Positions 13,182 to 26,014 of a stretch of 64,000 nucleotides of DNA are shown piece by piece (within the stretch, counting starts at the first letter, position 1; each line of letters opens with the position of its first letter). The notes below the pieces were generated by a model. It was not told the DNA's origin, ran no database searches, and saw only the letters and a program-made list of their open reading frames with translations. The DNA is taken from assembly GCF_018977255.1 (NCBI RefSeq), contig NW_024704742.1, positions 99,698,001 to 99,762,000 of the forward strand, in the 5' to 3' direction. The position numbers and the translations under genes were made by a program. The DNA comes from Callorhinchus milii. Lineage: Eukaryota.

Positions 13182-16100
13182 AGTAGGAGAGAGAGACGCT
13201 CAGAGTCATGCAAAAAGCCTCAAATGAGTTGATTATGGAGCTTTTCATTTTCAGGCAGTGACAGGAGCTGACCCAAGGTCTCCTTGATGTCACCAGAATT
13301 TTCTAATAGAGAAGAGAAGAAGGGAAAAGGGAATATGGAAGCACAAGCAATATAGTATACAGAAGAAGTGGAGAATGAAACCATTGTCAGGAGTCTGTGT
13401 GTGTGTGTATGTGTATGAATCTGGCTTTTCCAGGAAAAAATCTAGGTTGTGCCAAATGTGTATCTTGCTGTCTGGAATAATTGCCATAACACCTCCCAAT
13501 TCACAATCCATTATAGCTCCTGCAGAACAAATGTGATACACTGATCAATATCGGGGTGGGGGTGGGGGAGAAATTAAATTGAAAAGCCTTGGCACTTTGT
13601 GCTGAGCATTTGTCTTCGTTGTCTGTGGCGGAAATATATAAAAGACTTGGGGATGTTGCTCCCTCCAGATAATAACCTTATACTCCTGTTCCTGGAATTC
13701 TACTTTTCTTAATAAATCACATCATCAAAACCCGCTTTGCAGACGCCAGGGATTGCATCCCTGGGGCAAATTAAATGTGTTCCTCGAAGGAAACAAGCAC
13801 ACAGAGTTTGGATCATTACTGAACATGTCATCTTTTAGCAAAATTTTTAAAAAAATGAAAGGGAGATGACTTAAGAAATCCTAATGCAAAGCTTCACTTG
13901 AAGCCCTCGGGCAAATTGAGCCGTCCATTCCAAAGATGTGCACGAACAGTGACTCATAAATGTTTAGCTCAGCTCCTTTCATCAGAATAAAGCCATCATC
14001 TTCCTCTTGTTTTTACATCAGCTTGACCCACGAGTCACAAAAGAATTGCTCAAAAGAAGCGGAAAGACACAAGAGAGGAAGTTCAAAGGCATCCGTCTTC
14101 CAAGAAGCAGTCAGTTCAGTGCTGGCTGCATTCATTTCACTTTTTCATGGTAGCAATGTGATTAGTGATTGTTCACTGGTAAGAAATTTCAAAGCAGGAA
14201 ACTCTCTTTACCAGCCAAGGCAAACAATTTGAAGATAATTGTTAGTGTAGTTTTCACTTCAGGGAGGGGGAGGGGGAAATATGAAGGAATGCATAGAAGC
14301 CACTTGCTATTAGTCCTTTGTTTTAATTTCTGTTGCAGCGTGCATGGTTAGTCATGCGACAGCGAGACGGCTCTCACCGAAGAAATGTATTCATATTTCA
14401 TGTAAATTGCATCAAAAATTAGGTTTCTGTTGGCCTACAATCATATTGTTCTGTTCATCATAAACAAGCTGGGACTGAAGCCTAGCCCAGCGCCTGTGTG
14501 CTTTAAACATCAATAAGGCAAAGCTGGAGTTTGACAGCACAATTGTTTCTGAAAGATGTGGGGAATGTATTCATTACAATTTGCTCAGAAACATTATCCT
14601 GCATTTAATCTTGTTACCCTCAACAAAGTGTAAAATCGGCCTTTTAAATATAGAAACATGGATCTTGATAAAAACAGCGATACTCAGAGAGAGAGAGGCA
14701 GACAGAATCCCAAGATATTTAGGGTTCATTACACTAAAGCTCTTTAGCCATTTCATGAATAACAGGGGCTTTTTGAAATGACACATATGATCTTCTGCCA
14801 CATCATTGTCAGAAATCTGCAATTTCTTCGTTCTGCAGCGTCTGAGTAATGTTCGGATCTAACCAGATCAAACAGAAATGTCAGAAGCTCAGAGCGGTGT
14901 TTGTCATCAGCTCTTTATTCCCAGGCAGCTGAATGGTGAAATGCGAGCTTTTCTGCACACACACATCCACACAGACAGGCTCTTGTTGGCAGACTCTCAG
15001 TGCAGAATGAATGCATGCTGTGAATGTAGACCATTTGTCTGCTGATTACTGAAGGCCCCAGGGGACTGGTGTTGGCTCTCATTTCCACCTTTTTTTTCCC
15101 TGTGTCTGTTTGCCATGGCTAACCTCCCCCCTCCCCCATCCCTCCGACTCCTACACACACACACACCATTACCTTCTCATGCTTTATATGTACAATCCAG
15201 CACCATGCAACTGCAAACCTCCTTTCATGGCCAAGATCGGATAATTGCACTTCTGCGTGGAGACAGGAAAGAATGTGTGACAGACGCCATTGTGAAAGGG
15301 GCAATAAAATTACACACACAGAAAGAATTACGGTGCTTATGTTTTTATGCAATATGCCCCGTGATTTATTTGTTTGCTGGTCTTAATAGGCATTCCCAGC
15401 AGTCAACAGTAACTTCAGTCAATCTGAAAAACTGAGAGAGAGATTCTGGGCCACTAAATGAAATAGGTCATAGCTGGAAGTATAATCAATCAAGCATAGG
15501 CTAACCCAAACATTCTTTCATCAGTTGGGAGCAAGTCGCTCTCTGGGAACTGCCATATTTCTTCATAGTAGTTTCCTTAGACATCCTGTCTTTGGGCTTC
15601 CTTATGCGGTTTAAAAACAATTAGCACAGTATATTTCTTAAAACAAAAGCTCGTCCAAACTCATTTGCCGCGGAGGAAAAACGCGTTCTCCCATTGGACG
15701 TGAATAATACGCGTCAGAGGCGCTTTGCAACACGGCAGTTCAAGAGATGAAATGCAAGGCCGATGTTTAATGAACTCTAAATGGACATAGCATTTTAATG
15801 AGCTGAAATCCACTACATACTCTTTTGCTCGCATTTTTTATCTTATCTGACTCATTAGTCAACATGTCAGTGGGGACTATAGTGCTGCTTTTTCTTCCCT
15901 GGGTGCACTTTAGCAGGACTTGTGAGAGCTCTTGTAAGGCTGAGGATGGTTAAGTGCATTGGTAATCTGTGCTTTCTTGTAGTGGGTGGTGACTGGTAAT
16001 AAGAAGTAACCATTTCCATTTCAAAGGGACACTTGTGCATTGTCACAGTAGCAACCCCACACTGTGCAATAACAGGCTCTATCATCCACTCATGGGCGTG

Positions 16101-17251
16101 TTTTCATATTCTTGATGAGCACCAAATGATGTGGGACTTTTGTAATTTGTGGTGTATGTTGTGATAATTATCCCCACTGTTAATATTGCCTGAGGGGTAT
16201 GTGAATGTATATGTGTGTATAGAAGGGTCGCGGGAGTATATTTAATTTAGTTGTAAAATACATTATTCTTTGCAAAGGGTTGAAAATCACAAGACAGTAG
16301 AGGGTAATTCCCTCGCTCTCCCCCCCAGAGAGGCAAGAGAAAAAGTAAGAGAGTAAACACTCCTAAGGGTGTATATATAGAGCAGCGACTTGAGATGGAT
16401 AGCAGTACGTTATATTGTTTTATTGGCATCTCCAAATTAGCTTTTGTTCCCTATTCGAACAAATCCTGGCTCTGCTTTAATTATACCTTTTAATTATTAA
16501 AATTGTGCTAAAAATGAATTAAATTTTTTAATTTTTTTAAACGGATAAAGACCCACCGTGCAGACATGTGTAACGAGACTTGTTGTATGTGTATTGTGTG
16601 ACACTGTTTATGTGGGGGGCCTCAGAAATGAGAATATGTTGCCCGCGTGATACAAACACAAAATGTGGGGCTGTAAAAAAGTGCCAGATCGGCTTGAACA
16701 GAAGCAATAGGTATCTTATTACTTCACTCTGTTCTGCTGTCTCCTCACCACCCCCCTCTCGGGCCTTTCCATTGAGATTGAGGGCAGCTGTAGATTTGTG
16801 GGGAATATTAAGTAACCCCCAACCGAACAGATTGTGGTTTAATCCTCGCAAATTCAACCACAATAAAAATTTAATTACACATACAGAGGGTCCATTAATG
16901 TCTACAAAATATTTGATAATTGGTGGCTGGGTTTAATTAAGCAAACTGTCTCTTGCAAACTGTCTTAAAGTCCTTCTTTCACTCAGACTAATTGCTTTGA
17001 TGTAGGAAAGTGCACCTAATTTACTGCTATTGAGTGGCTTGGTTCTGGCAGAGTAATTTCTAAGGTTTAGGTCATTGTTTAAGGAAGTCATTTAGAAAGT
17101 TGTACTAAACGAAGCTGCACTCAAAGAGGTGTGCTTTGAACAAGGGTCCATCGAAGCTTCTCTTTTTTTTAGAATTCAACTGAATTTTTTTCTTTACAAA
17201 ATGCTGTGACATCTTTATTGTGGGCATTTATTGCAGTTAATTGCGACTTTC

Positions 17252-17350
17252 AAAAGCGACATTCACGAACTGGAAGTGAGATTCTCAGTCCAGAAGCGAG
17301 ATTCACAGTCGGGAAGCGAGATTCACAAGTTGTTTGATCTGCAAGATTCA
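17252..17350. repeat. 20-bp period minisatellite, ~4 units plus a partial unit
   Basis: AAAAGCGACATTCACGAACT / GGAAGTGAGATTCTCAGTCC / AGAAGCGAGATTCACAGTCG / GGAAGCGAGATTCACAAGTT, then GCAAGATTCAC. Confidence 0.85.
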
Positions 17351-20300
17351 CAAAACAGCTGCTGTTTTCAGGGTCTCATTTAAGCCCTTTTTAAAACCAC
17401 ACAAATCAAGCAGCATGTGATATTCGCTGCAATTGAGACAAGAAATCTGGTTTGCGATTATTGTTAGTTTTGGCTCCATTCTTAGCAGCGACCATGTGTT
17501 GGCAACTTGTTTTATTCTGTACTTCTTGAAATCTATTCTGAATTTTTATATCAAATGCAAGGATGATGATTATTTATGTTGTGTGGGTTTACTGTAGAGT
17601 GCAAATCAACCAATCGTCGGTTCCAGTGGCCTTATTTCAAAAGCTGAGAACTCAGTAGCCTACTTTTGCAATGCCCAGAGCGCTCCCTAGCCTCTGCCAA
17701 AGACGATTTTAGAGCAGGAAATATAAATCCTGTTTCCCCATGCTGAATTGCTTTACTGACGGAAGCAATTTCAAATAGGTTCCAGCAGTAGATGATGATG
17801 ACGACACTGCCTTCACATTGTGATGTGACTCACATCAGGATAACAGGCTTATACTTTACACCAACCCCATCAACTTCAGTTATTTGCTTTGAAACAGTTA
17901 ATTGCTTCATCTAATATTAAGAGATGACCTACATATTTTCCACTGCATGAAGTATTTTAGAAAAAAAAGAGTGTGGGGGTGGGGGATGAAATTGGAACAA
18001 TTGTTAATTGGACAGCAGCCTTCTTAAGTGATAACAGGATTTTCACTAACAGAATAATCATGATCACCCCTGCCCCAAATGCACACTGTAATCTTGATTA
18101 AGCCAGCTATTAAATTGGCAGGAGTTTGGTGGACTCTTCTTACAGAAAGCAATCATTAGTCTATTATTAACTATTTAGCATTTCTCAGCGCTAAGCATCA
18201 TCAGGCTGATATGTCAGTTTCACTGAAGATGGATATCACCGAGTAGAATTTAATGCAGTATTTGAAACCGCACACAAGTTAGTCTATAAAATGTACCTGC
18301 CTCGCAAATGCTGAGGTAATAGGATCTTCCAAGTGGCAGATTTGTAATTTATTGCTACATGCTGGCAAGAAAGGGAACTGTAATTGCTTTAAAATCATGC
18401 CATATTCCTCCAGCTTCAGCTTTTATTTGTAATGATAATGTATTGCAAAGTTCATTTCTCCCACCCAAGATGTGTCTTCTGCCAATCCCAGCAGAGTGCA
18501 ACAGCAGGTTTCTCATGAAGAATATGACTGCCTGAACTCTTAACTTACAATTTTTAAGTGTGTGTCATTTGGCTTAAATAGCACAGGCGAGAGAGATTCC
18601 TCACAACAGACGATGATCCATTGTCAGCACACTGTGTCTGAATACTGATGTTGGGAATCAGGCTTTGCCAGCTCTGTTAACTGTGGTAAGCACTAGGGAG
18701 GCCTGACATTCTACAAGCCTTAACACGGGCTTCAGATAAAGCAGCCTTTTTCATCCTGACCTCTCAACCCCTGAGGAACTTTTGGTTGTTCCCTAAGCAG
18801 CAGTACATTTGCAAACTATTGATCAGTCAAGTGCGGCTGACCCAAGTGACCTTTTTAAGGTTGCCCAGAATAAGCAGGACCAACAATTATCACATAAATT
18901 GCTCACAGCGCTTACTGATAAAATACAAAGCTAAATTTGCTTCTAACAGTTGTAGCCCGGATCAAACAATCACCTGCTTTAACCACTGCACTCATTTATT
19001 TCAGCAACAGCAGCTTTCCACTACCAGCAACATAAGCTGATATTCATCTGTGCCTATTCTGCGTTTTAAGATTTTAACGCGGTTCCCATTTTGCTGAATT
19101 CTGATGTTGGCAGAACATGCCTCAATCAAAGCGATCCAAGAGAAATTATTTGTTCCACAAAATGCTCCCCAGATGATCAGAACTTATGGTCTCGATTTAT
19201 TAGAATATATGAAAACCACATGTGTGCTGCTCGAGTCTGTGTGATGGTGGCTGTTACTGTAAGTGGATCTGAACTGAGCTTCCACCTAACTCAGAGACCC
19301 AGTTGCGGTCAATCCTGTTGGTGATTGTTTAAAGCTGTTCTCTGCCACAATCCTCCACTTGTGGTTTTTAAAGCTAGTAATTAAACTTGGCCCTTTTCCC
19401 AAACTTTTGTAATGCATTTTATTTTTACAGATATTTTTATGGGAGTTTATTCACATTTGTAGAGCAAACCTTTAGGGACTAACCCCAAAGAGATCATACT
19501 TTTCTCATGTACTGTCGTGTCCAATATTGCAGAAGATTACATTTGAAAGACAAAGTGCCACTTAAAAGGTGAATGCTTCCCCTCTTCATTTTAAACCCAA
19601 ATAGGTTTACAAAAAATCATTTTAAAAAAAATATATATTTTATTTTAAAATCTTTTTAAGAATACAGGTGTCTTTAGTTTGACTGTTAATGCATGTTGTG
19701 GTAAACATTCAGCTGTACTATATAAAACGTCTCTGATTTGTAATCACGACATATAAAGCACGACTCTTACATTTTCCTCTCTCAGACAAGAAAGCATCAT
19801 TATTCAGTCTGTGTGCAGATTTGAATTCAAAATCCTTATCAACAACAACAAAATTACATTTGTATAATGCCTTTCACGTCAGGAGGATGTCCCAGGGCGC
19901 TGGAGAGTCAGTGTTTCTGAACAGTCAGCAATTGGGAGGAAGAGGGGAGGTGTGCTGCACTTCCTAGCCAGAATATCAACAATACGTGGCAGTAACAAAA
20001 TTCTTCCTTTAACTCTCTGTAGGAACATCACAATAAAATGCCTTCTGACTTGGGCACACAGCCAACACATGTGAACCCTATTCTACTGCTTTATTTTTAA
20101 TGTAAGTTACCATGGAGGCCTGCAGCTTTAACGTGTGTCGTTAAACAAAGGCCCTATAGATCTTGGATGGAAAACCTGGACATAGTTTGAAAATTAAAAG
20201 GTTTAGAAATGTGGTGATGTTTTGGTAAGGGACCAAGTTTTACTAGTAGACTCCAAGCTGCCTGTGGTTGCAGGACACAGCAGTTCTAATAGAGCTATTC

Positions 20301-20814
20301 ACTTGAGTTCTGTGGACATATGTAGCTTGAAAGTCAATGGGAAAATTAATCATCAGGTGATATGTTGCAATGCTAATATTATTGGTGTTGATATGACCAG
20401 TTGCAGTGCTTAACCTTACATGTTTGCTATGGAGGTGAATCATGTTCACTTAATGCAGGTTGCCACAAGATGTGTTGGGTGGGATAAGATCTTTCAAAAC
20501 TACTGTTTACAAAAAGCATTACAATTCACTACATCAAAGCTTGCTTTTTAGGTAACCACATTTAAACAAAACCTTTTGACTTATCATGTCATGATGTTTC
20601 AAAGTACTTCACAAGTAAATTATTTCCAAGCTGAGTGACTTATTTTCCAGGCAAATCCTGCAACCATTTTGCACTAGCAACATTCTGCAAAAGGCCCTAA
20701 TTATTCCACAGCTTATTTGAATCAAAACAAATGAATTATTCTTACAGTATTATACCCCAAAATAGTGCTTAGATTTGTAAACCACACATCTGTTGGTAGC
20801 CAACATGTGAGTGA

Positions 20815-20990
20815 CTGAAACAAAAACAGAAGTCGCTGGGAACACTCTGCAGACCAGGCAGCATCTATGGAGAAAGGAAAGTGAGTCAATGTTTCAGGTC
20901 CAATTTCCTTTCTCCATAGAGGCTGAATGTTCCCAGCGACTTCTGTTTTTGTTTCAGATTTCCAGAATCTGCAGTATTTTGCATTTTGTT
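20815..20990. mobile_element. Palindromic element, probably a Penelope-like retroelement terminal remnant
   Basis: Perfect 30-bp arms 20815-20844/20928-20957 and perfect 17-bp arms 20864-20880/20904-20920; the right side continues ATTTCCAGAATCTGCAGTATTTTG. The family assignment is from recalled resemblance only. Confidence 0.6.
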
Positions 20991-22214
20991 CATATGTAAG
21001 TGACTGAATTACACTGAGTTCATCTTGGCAATATCCTTTGTATGGATCAGGATTTAGCATTGAAGTTCCATGGGTTTATATGTGTGGGGTGGGGTATGGT
21101 GTAGTTCTGTGCGTGTATCTGGTATGGCTTTGTCTCAAGTTTGTATTGGTAGTCTGCAATGAACCCTAAGAATCCAAACTTTCCACCATGAAAAGCAGCT
21201 CAGATGAGATAACATTTACATATGTTCGGTCGACAAGTCACATCCAGTCTCCTCTTAAGTGCACGACCGAAACATAAACATGGCTTTTTGTAATTGCAGG
21301 AACAAAAATACATTTTATGCTTAGTGGCCCGAGAATAATCTGGGAAGTTCTCTTAACAACATACTGTGTTGTGGTATTGAGGCCAGACTACAACCCCGAG
21401 CCACCATTTATTTGCACAACAGATAATGGCGCAAACCAGACAGGAATCCCTACTTGTCTTCAGTTGTTTGTCTGTTTTGATCAAACATGTGATCACATGG
21501 ACTGCATGGGAGTAAATGCAGTACTGAGAATTGGCAATCAGATCTGTACAGATTGATTGAATGGAATTTGTCCATTATTATGCACATCTGTAGCAGGACA
21601 GCTCTATGGCAGGAACTGGTGTCTATGTGGACAATCAAGCTTTGGCAAAAGATTTTCAGTGGGATCTAATTTATTCGCAAACAGGTTTGCCAAGAGCAGA
21701 TATCCTGCTGAGCACCAGTAATTTATATTGACCATAATCTGGAAGTCAAGATCAGTGTCTAAGCAAAGTTTGAGAAAGGCACATCTGAGACCTGGTAGGA
21801 TTTATTGTTGTAGATCCTTTTACAAAGATTGCAAATTAAACCCAAATATTGCTCCACCTATTGTTCCCTTGCCTCTCCTAATGACAAGTTATATAACTGG
21901 GGAAGGGGGAGGGGAGATGGGTGGGGTGGGGCGGTGGGATATTACATACAAGTCTTGTCCTAATCTGCTTCAAACTCAAGTGGACTTTTTAGAGGGAGTC
22001 ACGAGAATGAATCATACATTGTGGTATAGATCCGGTGAGGTTGACAATAATTCCCCAACTAATCTGCCAGATCCCAGATGAGATCAGCAAACTCACCACA
22101 GATTGCTGAGTGAATCAGGAACCTCTCTGGTCTGTATGGCTCATCTACTCATTGAGCCATCAACTGTGTCACTTCTTTTACATTAAAAGAAAAATGACAA
22201 TCTTCTCCAATCTT

Positions 22215-23981
22215 CATTGGGGACTAGTGACCACAATGTGATTCATTTTAGAATCCCTCACATACATGATTTAAAGAACGCAAATATCACAGGATTAAAC
22301 GGATGAGGCAAACGAAGTACTGAAATTGGGAAGTATTGATGAAAAATTGATTTAGTGGAGGAAAATGGAAGACTTTTAAACTCCAATGTTAAACAAGCAA
22401 TGTTAAATCAATGTATTAAATAAATTAAATAAATATAGGCTAAATACAAAATCCTTTAAGATGTATGGATATGTCAATTAAAATAAGAATACAAGCAAAA
22501 ACGAGAAGGAAAAATGTGCTGAAAACTGTACAATTTACAATGCGGTTTATATTTATATAATGCCTTTACCATCAGGAGTGTCTCGCAAAACAAGGAACAT
22601 GTAGGAATTTCCTAAAAAGTTTTGAAGGTAGAGATGCAAAAGGTTTCAAGAAAGGAGTCAGCAATAAGTTTTTTAAAAAACACTGAAATATTCTTCTAGT
22701 GTTATATAGGTAACTAAAATTCATTGTAGGAAAAGTTAGTTTTAAAAGGCAGAAATTATGTAATACGAGAGAAGATAAAATAAATTAAAAATTTCAATTA
22801 GAAATTGGTAAGAAGATAAAAGAATTAAAATGCATAAATGTTTTCTGGATGTATTTACCAAAGAGGGCAATGCTTACTTGCTGAACTATTTTCTAGCATT
22901 ATACAACTGCTTTGAAGTCAATGAGCTGCTTGATAAGTTTTTAAGGATTGAAGGCAACTGTGAGGAAATTTGGGGGACAATTATTATAGTATTATGAAGA
23001 AAGCATCAAACACCGTTTAGGCTCCTTCGGGTTAGAAGTAATGAGAATAATAATTCTTACATTTGATACAGCACTTGTCATGTCTGGAGAGTATACCAAT
23101 GGGCTTCACAAGATTTACTGTGAAGTGTAGTGACTGTGTATTTTGTAGGCGCACATAAATAAATAAGATGATGTAGCACTTCTATTTAAAAGGGCTAGTA
23201 ATCTGATCCAGGCAACTGCAGGCTATCTACATCATAGAATATATTACGCAATATAATTTTAACTATTCTCAGGGGTAGACTGAAAGAGAACCCGCACAGC
23301 AATAATTTAATAAGAAACAGTCTGTGTTGATTCCTACTTCACAATCCTCCTTCACTTTTTCAAGGATGATACTGACAAGGTAGATAGTGGAGCTCGCTGT
23401 GATTATGGTTGACTTGAACTTTAAGAAAACTTTTGATAAGATCGCACATGAAAGATTGCTAATTGAATTAAAAGCCACAGGACTCCAGAGTGGAACATGG
23501 GACTGGATAAGAGAGTGGGTAAAAAAATAGAGGAAAACGGAGAGTGCTTGTGAAAGCAGTATTGTTAAGAGTGGGGGAAAGTGATTAGTGGAGGCCCATA
23601 AAAGGTCAGTGCTTTGAACTCTGCTGCTCCTAGTCTCCATTAATGATCTAGGTATTGGGGTCCAATTTACAGTGCCTTTTAAAAAGAAATCCAAGCCTGG
23701 CAAATGGAGTCTCTTTGTTGTACTCAAAAGTACATCACGCCGATGCACAGGAACTGCGATCCGCCACAATCTGCTTGCAGAGTGGGGCACCTATGAATAT
23801 GTCGGGAAGACATCTTAAAGTGCTTCATAGATATACTGTAAAGTGGAGTCACTGGGCAGGCAATATCTTAAAAGGAGAAATATAAAAGGGTCTGGGGAAA
23901 AGACAAGACAATGAGACGAAATGAATAGCTCTTTCAGAGAGACAGCAATAACACAATGTGCTGAATGGCCTCCGTTTGTGC
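22215..23981 (+). mobile_element. Highly decayed CR1-clade LINE (endonuclease end, RT fragments, 3' UTR)
   Basis: LGTSDHN at ~22218; MVDLNFKKTFDKIAHERLLIELKATG...WDWIREW at ~23405-23520; GSVL.LL...INDLG-like segment at ~23600-23655; CR1-type 3' end GCTGAATGGCCTCCGTTTGTGCTG; many stops and deletions. Confidence 0.8.
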
Positions 23982-23982
23982 T

Positions 23983-24335
23983 GACTCCTTACCACCCTGC
24001 CCGCTCCCTCCGTTCATCGGGCTCCGGTCTGCTCCATGTCTCCCGCCCGACCTGCTCTACCATCTGTGTCGGGGGTTTCAGCATCTCTAAACTCAACACT
24101 GTGGAACTCCATCCCACGGTCCCTTCGCCTTGCGTCCTCCCTTGCCTCCTTCAAAGCTGGTCTCAAGACCCTTCTCTTCGACCGTGCCTTTGGTCTCCCT
24201 CCCACCTCTCTGCCTTCCCTCACCTCTACACCACCCCTCCCCCATGCTTGGGCCCCAACACCTAACTGTTCAGCGTTTTGGGACATCCTCCCAACGTGAA
24301 AGGCACTGTATAAATGTAATTTTATTGTTGTTGTT
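23983..24335 (+). mobile_element. L2 LINE 3' fragment inserted in the CR1 tail
   Basis: PYHPARSLRSSGSGLLHV and LWNSIPRSLRLASSLASFKAGLKTLLFDRAF (L2 ORF2 C-terminus); stem-loop tail and (TTG)n. Confidence 0.92.
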
Positions 24336-25409
24336 ATAAACGTCTATGTTTCTATAGTTCAAGGGTAGTAGGGGGAAGAGCTTCAATAGCTCAAACAGTT
24401 ATGTTTACATTCTTGACTGTTCTTATGCTCTGGATACTGGAGATGGAGAGTGTGTTTTTCTTGGGGGTGGGGCGAGGGATAAAGAACAGAGAATCAGACA
24501 GTCGGGAGAGTGGATTCAGTCACAAGTCTGACACCAGATTAGAATGACATATTTCCAAGTCAGTACTGACACGAAGCCCGGGGTTGGCACAATTCAGCTG
24601 AGATATGCTGTGTTTCAGAGGTCAGTCAGACTTTTGGGTCTGATCCAAGCACTGGAACACAGCATTAGCACGAGAGTGAGTTAAAAGCAGTGACAGCAAT
24701 TGGCTCACTCTCTCTCTCTCTCTCACTCTCAGGGAAATGGAGTGAGACTTTTCCTTTTTGTTTTTTTTTGCAGAGTACAGTTTTCCAGTTCTATCGCAGC
24801 AAGTGTTCGTTGTGTAAAAAAAAGCTTTGGGATTAAAAACACTTCCACGTTTCATGCAGTGAATTTCCATAAAAGGATGTCCTTGTTCTATAAATTCAAA
24901 ATGTTGACGTTCAAAATTCCTTAAATATAAACATTGAATTCTGATTTTCAGCGAAATCCTTGATCACAGGAAGCACATTTTATCTTTTTTTTCCGCCTCC
25001 TTCACTACAGGAAATGTATTTGTTGGTTGGAGAAAAATCCCTTTTATCTTTCAGTTGAAACATGAACATTAAACATTTAGCAACTGATACAACCGCAGTT
25101 CAAAGCAGTGGAATCAGCAGCTGCCCCACCCCCATCCACTCACTGCAGCTCTCGCTCTCTGCCGTCTCGCTCCTTCAGTAACATTCTAGTTCTGACTAGT
25201 TTTATTATCGACTTGCAAGTGAATTGCATTGTGTTTTCTCTCACTAGCTCCACATACACCGACTCTGGCTACCAGGGAACAAATGTGTGGGGCCTTGCTG
25301 GTGTCTACGCCACTCCAGGTGGTACATTTAAAAAAAGTATTTTATGTATAATACGTTATCACATCGTAACATCTCAAAGCGCTTCACGGGTACGTACTGT
25401 CAAGGGTAG

Positions 25410-25672
25410 CTTACCCTCCATTCCACCACCCACTGCCTCCGATCGGCTGGCTCCGGCCTTCTTTCGTCTCTCCGCTCCACCATCAACGGCCGAGCTTTCA
25501 GCCACTATGCCCAGAAGCTGTGGAACTCCCTCCCCCAATCTCTCTGCCATGCACTCCCCCCTCCCCCACCCCGACCCTCAGCTCGGGTCTGTAATTCTGT
25601 CTATCCAGCGCCTTGGGACGACCTCCCGACATGAAAGGGGCTATATAAATGTAATTTTGTTGTTGTTGTTGT
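25410..25672 (+). mobile_element. L2 LINE 3' fragment with internal deletions
   Basis: Similar to 23983-24335; tail GCGCCTTGGGACGACCTCCCGACATGAAAGGGGCTATATAAATGTAA(TTG)n. Confidence 0.85.
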
Positions 25673-26014
25673 TTAATCCTGCAAGTTAAAGCCCTTGGGT
25701 GGTCCCACAGTTAGGGTGGTCCCAGTTGAACAAGCAGCGGGAAACTTGATAGACTGTGCTTTCAATGGCAAGTTTTAGCTGGTTAGACTCCAATAGTACT
25801 TCAAAACACACTCCAGGGCTCCCACGCCTTGGCTTTTGCTAACCTGCGCCTGTTACTCTCCAGAATTAGGTAAGCAGAATGTGTCCCTCTAGGGAGAAAG
25901 TGCGCATTCCATTCCAAGCACAGGGACTTTGCATGTGTAGCGAGCATGCATAGAACCCTCAATTTAATTTGGATACTATTAAACACAGTAATGGATCTCT
26001 GCACGAATAAAAAA
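25673..26014 (+). repeat. Unclassified dispersed repeat, 3' part (copy 1 of 5)
   Basis: Aligns by eye to 55105-55430 and to the reverse complement of 51120-51465; ends in an A-run. Confidence 0.8.

Noticed and set aside
17252..17350. CRISPR-like array
   Set aside because: The period is only 20 bp with 5-6-nt linkers, there are no cas genes, and the context is vertebrate
23269..23790. 173-aa minus-strand ORF
   Set aside because: Antisense to the decayed CR1 RT region, with no independent coding signal
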